Shown: positions 57,733-64,000 of the stretch, one piece after another
How positions within the stretch are numbered: position 1 is the stretch's first letter
Layout: the number at the start of each line of letters is the position of its first letter
DNA from: Syntrophorhabdaceae bacterium
GTDB taxonomy: Bacteria; Desulfobacterota; Syntrophorhabdia; Syntrophorhabdales; Syntrophorhabdaceae
Length of the DNA: 64,000 nucleotides
Direction of reading: 5' to 3'
Assembly: GCA_963666485.2 (NCBI GenBank)
Contig: CAXXUO010000001.1
Coordinates: forward strand, 384,001 to 448,000
The notes under the pieces: model-generated
What the model was told of the DNA's origin: nothing
The model's database searches: none
What the model saw: only the letters and a program-made list of their open reading frames with translations
Program-made: the position numbers and the translations under genes

Positions 57733-58599
57733 GTAGTGGTTGAGAAGGGTCACGGGTACTATAAGGGGTATGAAACCCCGGCGGTACCGGTCTATTATTT
57801 CAAGGAGCTCTTCTTTTTCCGCGTGTTCCAGGTCCTTCTTGAAATACCCCATGATATGCTGGAGAACATTGGTATTCTTGGCAACCGTGGCAATGAGGCG
57901 CAGCGCTTCCACCAAGGTCACGCAATATGTATCCATTGTCCCCGTGTCTTCGATCTTCACGTGCGCGACGATCTTCCCGAGCTGCGCCAGGTGCTTCGGG
58001 CTGTGCGCCATGATGAGGTACTTGTGGCGGGTGTGAAAATCTATAAGCCCGGCTGCAGTGTATGCACGCCCGGCAAACTCCTGCCAGCGCCGGTACACGA
58101 AAACGCGCTCGACAAAATTTTCCCGAAGTCCCGGGTCGTGCAGCCTGCCTTCGTCCTCGACGGGGATAAGGGGGAATTTCCTCATGAATGCGGCCGCGAA
58201 AAGGCCCGTTCCGCTAGAGACCGGCGGTTTCGCATCCCGGTATATTTTAACCCCGCGCATGCCGGATGACGGCGACTTGCTCTTGAATATGAAGCCGGAT
58301 AACCCGAAACGTTCCAACTGATCCAGTTTTTGACGTGACCATTCGTGCATCCGGGCAGTATGGTCGATACCCGTGCGGACCGTCACCAGCCGGGGATCTC
58401 CGATATCGCCCGCGAGATGCATGGGCTCCCGGGGAACGGGAAGGCCGCACTCCACCTCGGGACAGACCGGAACATAGGAAAAAAATTTGCCCAGGGTATC
58501 CGTAATGAACCTGTCATGCTTATGCCCCCCGTCGTACCGCACCTTCTCCCCGAGAAGGCAGGCGCTCACGCCGACCGTTATTTTCTCCATGCCCTGCAC
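57646..58599 (-). CDS. DUF523/DUF1722 (YbbK/YbgA; 2-thiouracil desulfurase-like) protein
   Basis: VSACLLGEKVRYDGGHK, CPEVECGL, KSKSPSSG, VEDEGRL, NVLQHIMGYFK; start is GTG 58599 or ATG 58590. Confidence 0.92.
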   Translation of the reverse strand: MQGMEKITVGVSACLLGEKVRYDGGHKHDRFITDTLGKFFSYVPVCPEVECGLPVPREPMHLAGDIGDPRLVTVRTGIDHTARMHEWSRQKLDQLERFGLSGFIFKSKSPSSGMRGVKIYRDAKPPVSSGTGLFAAAFMRKFPLIPVEDEGRLHDPGLRENFVERVFVYRRWQEFAGRAYTAAGLIDFHTRHKYLIMAHSPKHLAQLGKIVAHVKIEDTGTMDTYCVTLVEALRLIATVAKNTNVLQHIMGYFKKDLEHAEKEELLEIIDRYRRGFIPLIVPVTLLNHYVLKYDHPYLKNQYYLNPHPVELMLRNNI

Positions 58600-58759
58600 G
58601 TCTCTATCTTAAGTCTTTTAACCCACAGGATTCAAGAGGCCTGTTCAACGTTAAGAACTATTCCCTTTAAAAATGGTGGAACGTGGAGCCTGGAACGAAT
58701 CTTTTTCCTTTTCTTTTTTTATGCTATGATTGCCCTTATCGTATTAAAAGGAGGCAAGC

Positions 58760-59071
58760 ATGAAAAGGGCAATTATTGCCATCAGTGTTTTTGCGTTCGT
58801 TTTTGCTTTTGTGCTGACGGGGCATTCACTCACCCCTCAACCTCCAAGCGGCCAGAAAATTGAAAAGTTCACCGGGAGAGTCACGTCAGTCAACCTGGAA
58901 GATTCCACAATCGTCGTTCAATCGGCGAAGGCGGGCATGACATTCAATGTGAAGGGGGCCAAGCTCAAAGGGTATAAGATGGTTGCCAACATAAAGGAAG
59001 GCGACAGGGTGACGGTCCAGTATGTCATGCACGAAGGAAAGGCGACAGCGCGTACGGTGACCAAAAAATAG
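58760..59071 (+). CDS. Secreted small beta-barrel (OB-like) protein, similar to 7478-7945
   Basis: SD AAGGAGG; signal peptide; KFTGRVTSV..TIVV..MTFNV..GDRVTVQY. Confidence 0.8.
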   Translation: MKRAIIAISVFAFVFAFVLTGHSLTPQPPSGQKIEKFTGRVTSVNLEDSTIVVQSAKAGMTFNVKGAKLKGYKMVANIKEGDRVTVQYVMHEGKATARTVTKK

Positions 59072-59092
59072 GTTGCGCCAAAAAAAAGCAAT

Positions 59093-59121
59093 AAAAAAGC
59101 CGCCTTAAAGGCGGCCTTTTT
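59093..59121. terminator. Bidirectional terminator between convergent genes
   Basis: A6-GCCGCCT-TAA-AGGCGGC-CTTTTT. Confidence 0.85.
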
Positions 59122-59136
59122 ATTCGATTCAACTTT

Positions 59137-59472
59137 TCAGGCGCTGCATCCGGAACCGCAACCGCCGTCGCTCGATGCGCAGCAATCATCGCTTTTGGAC
59201 AACGCGGATTTCAGCAGAAACCCCTGGCCCATGGCCGATTCGATGAAATCGATGCTGATCGGCTTGGCATCTTCAAAGAGTTTCTTGTCGATAACGAACT
59301 GCACTCCGTGCTCGGTAAATGTTTCGTCGCTCGCTAACGGCCCATCCAGGGCCATGCCCAATGAGGGCCCCGCTCAGCCACCCTCGGTCATCATGATCCT
59401 GACCGACTGTGGGTCTTTTCCTTCGAGGATCTTTCTTATTACTTCCCCAGCCTTTTCTGTAACTTCGAACAT
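59137..59472 (-). CDS. HesB/IscA-like protein with in-frame UGA (probable selenocysteine), 111 aa
   Basis: SD AAGGAG + ATG 59472; MFEVTEKA...TEGG-UGA(59376-59374)-AGPSLGMALD...FVIDKKL..ISIDF..GCGSGCSA. Confidence 0.85.
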
Positions 59473-59616
59473 ATTGTCTCCTTTTCCCGAGGACTTAAAA
59501 GCGGCACTTTTTCAGGTGCCGTGTCACATAAAGATATACACAATAATTTATTTGTCAATACCGGAACTGTAACCTCTGGATAAGACAAGATATTTACCTC
59601 ACCCGAACCGGGCGGT

Positions 59617-60489
59617 TCAGGCTATCCGGTAAAGTTCCGGATCGCAGGCAATGAGACCGTCTTTTACCAGCACGTCGAGTATGGGCTTGAGACGCCCGGG
59701 CGCACACCCGGTCGCCCGGGCAATGTCGTCGGCCGATCTGCCGGAACTGCCCATGAGCAGCCTCAAAACCATTCCCCTTATCTGCCTGTCGGAGCCCTCG
59801 AAGCGGGATTGCCGGGAATAATGCGCACTCTTCCTGTTCGGGTTTGCAGCGATACCGGCGAGGTATGTTCCATAATCCATGAGCGCATAGTACCAATCGC
59901 GGGCGTGTGACCGGTCAAGGGTCGCTTCGACGAGCGGGACGATCTCGTTGTCCATAACCTTGTCTTTGCCCGGAAAAAAGTGATGGATGAAGACCCGCCT
60001 GATGTTGGTCTCGATAAAAACGACCGGCAGGTTGAACGCAAATGCCATGATAGATCCAGCCGTCGCATCCCCGATACCGGGCATCGCCCGCAAAAGTTCC
60101 CGGCCGCGCGGCAAGGCCCCTGCGTATTCATCCACCACGGTCCCGGCAATCTTTTTGAGGGAAAGGGCCCTCCTGTTATAGCCAAGTCCCTGCCACGCAT
60201 CGATAACATCGCTCAAAGGGGCAGCCGCAAGACTGCTGAAATCGGGGAACCTTTCAACGAACGGGGTGAATTTTCCCACCACCCGCTGAACCCCTGTCTG
60301 CTGCAGCATGATCTCGGAAACGACGATCCTGTACGGGGTAATATCGTCCCTCCACGGGAATTCCCGCTTATTGTCCCGGTAAAATTCAGTAATATTCCGC
60401 CGGAAACCTGCAATTTCGGTACGTGATAGAGATGATTTGGCCTTGCCCTGCTTTTTCGAACTACGGTCTGATTCCGGTCTCTCAGTCAT
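59617..60489 (-). CDS. A/G-specific adenine glycosylase, short MutY-like (HhH-GPD)
   Basis: FPWR, VSEIMLQQT, WQGLGYNRRA, MPGIG, ETNIRRV, ALMDYG. Confidence 0.88.
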   Translation of the reverse strand: MTERPESDRSSKKQGKAKSSLSRTEIAGFRRNITEFYRDNKREFPWRDDITPYRIVVSEIMLQQTGVQRVVGKFTPFVERFPDFSSLAAAPLSDVIDAWQGLGYNRRALSLKKIAGTVVDEYAGALPRGRELLRAMPGIGDATAGSIMAFAFNLPVVFIETNIRRVFIHHFFPGKDKVMDNEIVPLVEATLDRSHARDWYYALMDYGTYLAGIAANPNRKSAHYSRQSRFEGSDRQIRGMVLRLLMGSSGRSADDIARATGCAPGRLKPILDVLVKDGLIACDPELYRIA

Positions 60490-60643
60490 CGTGATACTGC
60501 GCGACGTCTTCGTCGGTCAATTCGGGAAGTTCACGGATTATGTCACAGATACAAAGTTTGATGGTTGGCGTATTTTCGGGGTCGTAGACATGGAACATGA
60601 TCTTTGCATCCCCGGCTTCATCATTTCTTTTGCTGTCCGTCAT
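60482..60643 (-). CDS. Hypothetical 53-aa protein (below ORF-track cutoff)
   Basis: MTDSKRNDEAGDAKIMFHVYDPENTPTIKLCICDIIRELPELTDEDVAQYHDD*; overlaps glycosylase ATG by 8 nt; TATACT 6 nt upstream. Confidence 0.5.
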   Translation of the reverse strand: MTDSKRNDEAGDAKIMFHVYDPENTPTIKLCICDIIRELPELTDEDVAQYHDD

Positions 60644-60665
60644 GGATGCAGTATAAGCATTCCGC

Positions 60666-61463
60666 CTACATGCGCGGCACGAGGGTAAAAATAACGATCA
60701 GCAGGGCGAGCCCGATACGGTAATACGCAAAAAGATCGAGTGTATGGTCCTTGAGGTAGGTGATGAGGAATTTTAGGCTGACCGCCCCGAATATGAAGGC
60801 AGACAGCATCCCGAAAATATAGAGCCCGATCACATCGCCGTGAAACTGCACGTGCCTCGACTCGTAGATCGCAGAGCCAAGAATTATCGGGATAGCGAGC
60901 ATGAATGAAAAATCGACCGCCTCGCTCTTCCTGATGCCGAGAAATATCGCCATGGTTATCGTGATGCCGCTCCGGGAAACACCGGGCACGAGGGCTATTG
61001 CCTGGGCTATGCCGATGGCGATCGCGATAGGCATCGTGATGTCGCTCCTGTCAACCGCCATCCGCTCGCACAGGATCATCAGGATAGCGACGAGGGCGAG
61101 CATGAATGCTGCAATGATGGGTGCGCGCAGGTAATGTTCTATGACGTGCTTTCCCAGGAAACCTGCGATCACGGCGGGAAGGGTCGCGATTATTATCTTG
61201 AACAGCATTGACCGGGTGCCTCTGCCGTCCCGAAAATCCACCAGGCCTTCTATGACCATGCGCGTAAATTTCTTTCCGTAGAAGACGAGCACCGCGAGCA
61301 AGGTCCCGAAATGGAGCATGACATCGTACGTGAGCGGATTGACATTCGCTTCCGATATCTTAAAAAACCACGGGATGACGATCAGGTGTGCGGAGCTGCT
61401 TATGGGCAGGAATTCGGTTATCCCCTGAATGCCCCCCATGATAATACTCTGAAGCAATGTCAC
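60666..61463 (-). CDS. uppP: Undecaprenyl-diphosphate phosphatase
   Basis: QGITEFLPISSSAHL, LHFGT, PGVSRSG. Confidence 0.95.
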   Translation of the reverse strand: MTLLQSIIMGGIQGITEFLPISSSAHLIVIPWFFKISEANVNPLTYDVMLHFGTLLAVLVFYGKKFTRMVIEGLVDFRDGRGTRSMLFKIIIATLPAVIAGFLGKHVIEHYLRAPIIAAFMLALVAILMILCERMAVDRSDITMPIAIAIGIAQAIALVPGVSRSGITITMAIFLGIRKSEAVDFSFMLAIPIILGSAIYESRHVQFHGDVIGLYIFGMLSAFIFGAVSLKFLITYLKDHTLDLFAYYRIGLALLIVIFTLVPRM

Positions 61464-62221
61464 GAGATTCCTCCTGGCAGAAACCGGAGGCCAAGCTCGA
61501 GTGAGTCGGTATTGAGCGACGACGGTATCGGAGGCAGAGGCTCCACCGCCCGCAATACGCGAAGGACGGATTCGTCATAGACCCTGTTGCCGGAACGCTT
61601 CTCAATGTTTATATCGACGATCCTGCCGTCTTTCCTGATCTTTATCATGACAATGGTTTCCAGGTCTTTTTTCTGTGCCATGCCCGGGACGTTCCAGGCC
61701 CCCTTTATCTTCTCCCAGATATCGAGGAGGTATTTCTGCAACGCAGGATCAAGAGGCTTTCCGCCGCCGCCGCTTCCCGGCAACCCGCCGCCGCCGCTTC
61801 CCGGCCCGCCCGGTCCCGCTTTGGCAACGTCGATGTAGTCGGTTTTCTTCCGGATATTCCGGATCCTCTCCTGAAGATTGTCGACCTCTTCCTTGCTTGC
61901 CTTTGGCTTCAGTTTCTTCTTCGACAGGGAAACTTCGTCTTCCTTCTGCATCGGCTGCGGTTTTTTGGTCGGGACTTTCTTTTCCTTGATCGCCGGGGCC
62001 GGCTTGTCGGGTTTCTGCTTCGGCTCCGGTTTTGCCTGGGCCTTCGGCCCGCCTCCGCCGCCGCCGAGATTGCCGGCGCTGCCGACGAGGTTAACCGAGT
62101 ATGACCCGGAAAGATCTATCTTTTTTGACGAAAATTTTATCGGGATGGAAAAAGCCGCAATGACAACGATATGAAGGGCCACCGACACCGCAAGCATTTT
62201 GTACCAGGTTTCTTCACTCAT
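61460..62221 (-). CDS. TolA/TonB-family energy transducer
   Basis: TM SVALH, Pro/Lys-rich linker, C-terminal SGNRVYDES..PLPP. Confidence 0.85.
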   Translation of the reverse strand: MSEETWYKMLAVSVALHIVVIAAFSIPIKFSSKKIDLSGSYSVNLVGSAGNLGGGGGGPKAQAKPEPKQKPDKPAPAIKEKKVPTKKPQPMQKEDEVSLSKKKLKPKASKEEVDNLQERIRNIRKKTDYIDVAKAGPGGPGSGGGGLPGSGGGGKPLDPALQKYLLDIWEKIKGAWNVPGMAQKKDLETIVMIKIRKDGRIVDINIEKRSGNRVYDESVLRVLRAVEPLPPIPSSLNTDSLELGLRFLPGGIS

Positions 62222-62624
62222 TTTTGTCCAGCGGCTTCGTTACGATGTTGACCTTGTCAACACCGGCTTCCCGTATCGTTCCCATGCATTTCACGACGAA
62301 CCCGTACGGTACATCTTTATCGGCGCGAAGATATATCTCTTTCTTGTCTTTGTTTGCGAAAAGGAACTGGATCGCCTGTTTCAGGTCCTTGAACTCGATC
62401 TTCTTTTCGTTGAGGATGAGCCGCTGGTCTTTCGTCACGTTAAGGATTTGCGGCTCTTCTTTCGTCGGCAGTGCCCGTGCCGTGACATTCGGGATGTCTA
62501 TCCCGAGCCCGTGCTGCATCATCGGGGCCGTGATCATAAAGACGATGAGAAGAACGAGCATGACGTCGACCAGAGGGATGACGTTGATCTCGGATAATGG
62601 TCCCTTTGTATCGCGTGTTTTCAT
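62214..62624 (-). CDS. tolR: TolR/ExbD biopolymer transport protein
   Basis: EINVIPLVDVMLVLLIVFMITAP, LRADKDVPYG. Confidence 0.9.
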   Translation of the reverse strand: MKTRDTKGPLSEINVIPLVDVMLVLLIVFMITAPMMQHGLGIDIPNVTARALPTKEEPQILNVTKDQRLILNEKKIEFKDLKQAIQFLFANKDKKEIYLRADKDVPYGFVVKCMGTIREAGVDKVNIVTKPLDKNE

Positions 62625-63292
62625 TTTTCCAGGATGTTGAGCAGATACATAGATGCATTTTCCATGCGGGAGAGTATCCTTTTCAGCCGTCCCAGGAAAT
62701 AGTTGTAGGCGAGAACTGCCGGAATGGCGGTCGCAAGGCCGAGGGCGGTAGCGATAAGCGCCTCGCTTATGCCCGGCGCCACGACTGCAAGGCTTGTCGT
62801 ACCCCGGACACCAATTTCACGGAATGAATCCATGATGCCCCACACCGTACCGAAAAGTCCAATGAACGGTGCCGTATTCGCGGTCGTCGCAAGGAAGGAA
62901 AGCCGTCTCTCGAGTTTGACCGACTCCTCTGCGATCGCTATCTTCAGCATGTTGTCGATAGCGGGCATATCTTCCTTGCTCAGTCTGCCGGGGTTGTCCT
63001 TTTGCCTCGATGTGACTTCCTTGTAGCAGGCGAGAACAAGGCGGTAAAAGGCGTTGTCCTGGCTGTCCCGGTATACGGATATCAGCTTCTTGAAAGAGTC
63101 CGCCTCTTTCACGGCCCGGAAGAACCGCTCGCCTTCCGACTCGGTCCGGCCATACTGGCGGAATTTCATGAAAATGATCGTCCACGTTACGATCGAGAAG
63201 AAGAACAGGATCACCATAACGACCTTGGCCATAGGCCCGGCGCCAAGGATCATCCCCATCAAGCCGCTTGAATAAATGTTTGCACTTTCCAT
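62621..63292 (-). CDS. tolQ: TolQ/ExbB proton channel
   Basis: APFIGLFGTVWGIM, VAPGISEALIATA. Confidence 0.92.
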   Translation of the reverse strand: MESANIYSSGLMGMILGAGPMAKVVMVILFFFSIVTWTIIFMKFRQYGRTESEGERFFRAVKEADSFKKLISVYRDSQDNAFYRLVLACYKEVTSRQKDNPGRLSKEDMPAIDNMLKIAIAEESVKLERRLSFLATTANTAPFIGLFGTVWGIMDSFREIGVRGTTSLAVVAPGISEALIATALGLATAIPAVLAYNYFLGRLKRILSRMENASMYLLNILEK

Positions 63293-63475
63293 TTTTGGAC
63301 TAGAGATTACAACAAACAACCACGCTTGTAAAGAAAAAGGGGCCATTATTTCGTAAGACACGGGAATAACAAAAAAGTTCCACGTTACACGATCCACGTT
63401 CCACGATCAAAGAAAAGGCGAAAGGCAACAAACGGAAACAAGGTCCCTCTAATCTTTCTATTGCGCCCGTATAGC

Positions 63476-64000
63476 TCACGCCCCGTTTTTCGTATCGAGC
63501 ACCTGGCGCAACACGATGGCCAGTTCTTTCCTGGCAATAGGCTTTGTGAGGAACTGTTTTATACCGGGCGCCTTCGTTTTTTCGGCGGAGAGCGCCTCGC
63601 TATATCCCGTGCATATAATGACGGGTATGTCCGGCCTTATATTGAGGATGTTTTCGGCCAACCTTTTTCCTGTTACGTCCGGCATGGCATAGTCAGTAAT
63701 AATAAGGTCATAATGCTGGGGGTCGGTTCGGAATTTTTTCCACCCTTCATTTCCGCCACTGGCCGAAATCACCGTATAACCGAGACGTTTGAGAGTCTCC
63801 GATATCATTTCCAGAAACGAGGATTCGTCATCCACCACAAGTATCTTTTCCTTCCCGCGAGGAAGCTCGACATGTTCTTCTATTGCTTCCGATACGCCCG
63901 TACTCAAGGGAAAAAATACCTTAAATGTTGTCCCGTTGCCCTTCTTGCTGGCTACTGTGATCCCTCCCTCATGAGACTGTACGATCCCAAAGACGACAGA
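63476..64000 (-). CDS. Hybrid sensor histidine kinase, C-terminal part (5' truncated by window)
   Basis: Frame open from 64000: SVVFGIVQSHEGGITV..GTTFKVFFP followed by REC (VVDDE, TDYAMP, TKP). Confidence 0.9.
   Translation of the reverse strand, partial: SVVFGIVQSHEGGITVASKKGNGTTFKVFFPLSTGVSEAIEEHVELPRGKEKILVVDDESSFLEMISETLKRLGYTVISASGGNEGWKKFRTDPQHYDLIITDYAMPDVTGKRLAENILNIRPDIPVIICTGYSEALSAEKTKAPGIKQFLTKPIARKELAIVLRQVLDTKNGA

Noticed and set aside
59374..59376. HesB-like gene as a nonsense pseudogene
   Set aside because: The stop is UGA exactly at the conserved Cys position, with both halves intact and a downstream hairpin; Sec recoding is more parsimonious.

Overview
A 64-kb, mostly housekeeping chromosomal segment from an anaerobic diderm bacterium. 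The gene set and style suggest a deltaproteobacterium (Desulfobacterota, possibly Syntrophorhabdaceae-like); this is inference only. About 60 CDSs are supported, including murI, priA, carD-PIN/TRAM-ispD-ispF-gltX plus a sigma54 two-component system, a second gltX-smc, two Na+/solute symporters with small partner proteins, two divergent acyl-CoA ligases, rnc, phoH-HD-ybeY-lnt, ftsK-lolA, htpG, hrcA-grpE-dnaJ (no dnaK), nudC, an AttEFGH-like ABC system and tolQRA-uppP. No rRNA, tRNA, CRISPR array, transposase or integrase was seen. The most notable signals are: (1) a receiver domain fused in frame to an intact LpxC; (2) a HesB/IscA-like gene with an in-frame UGA (probable selenoprotein) that the ORF track splits; (3) a complete sigma54 module read from sequence, with a bEBP carrying a non-Fis wHTH, three TCGGA-N4-TCCGA sites, an IHF-like site, a -24/-12 promoter and a secreted target; (4) a pervasive, strand-polarised family of 7/8-nt tandem repeats at gene ends, two of them expanded directly behind terminators; (5) at least 15 REP/dRS3-like hairpins with compensatory changes; (6) a ~300-bp MITE-like element with two different stems carrying the same loop; and (7) an unannotated secreted 4-Cys peptide inside a diverged tandem duplication.
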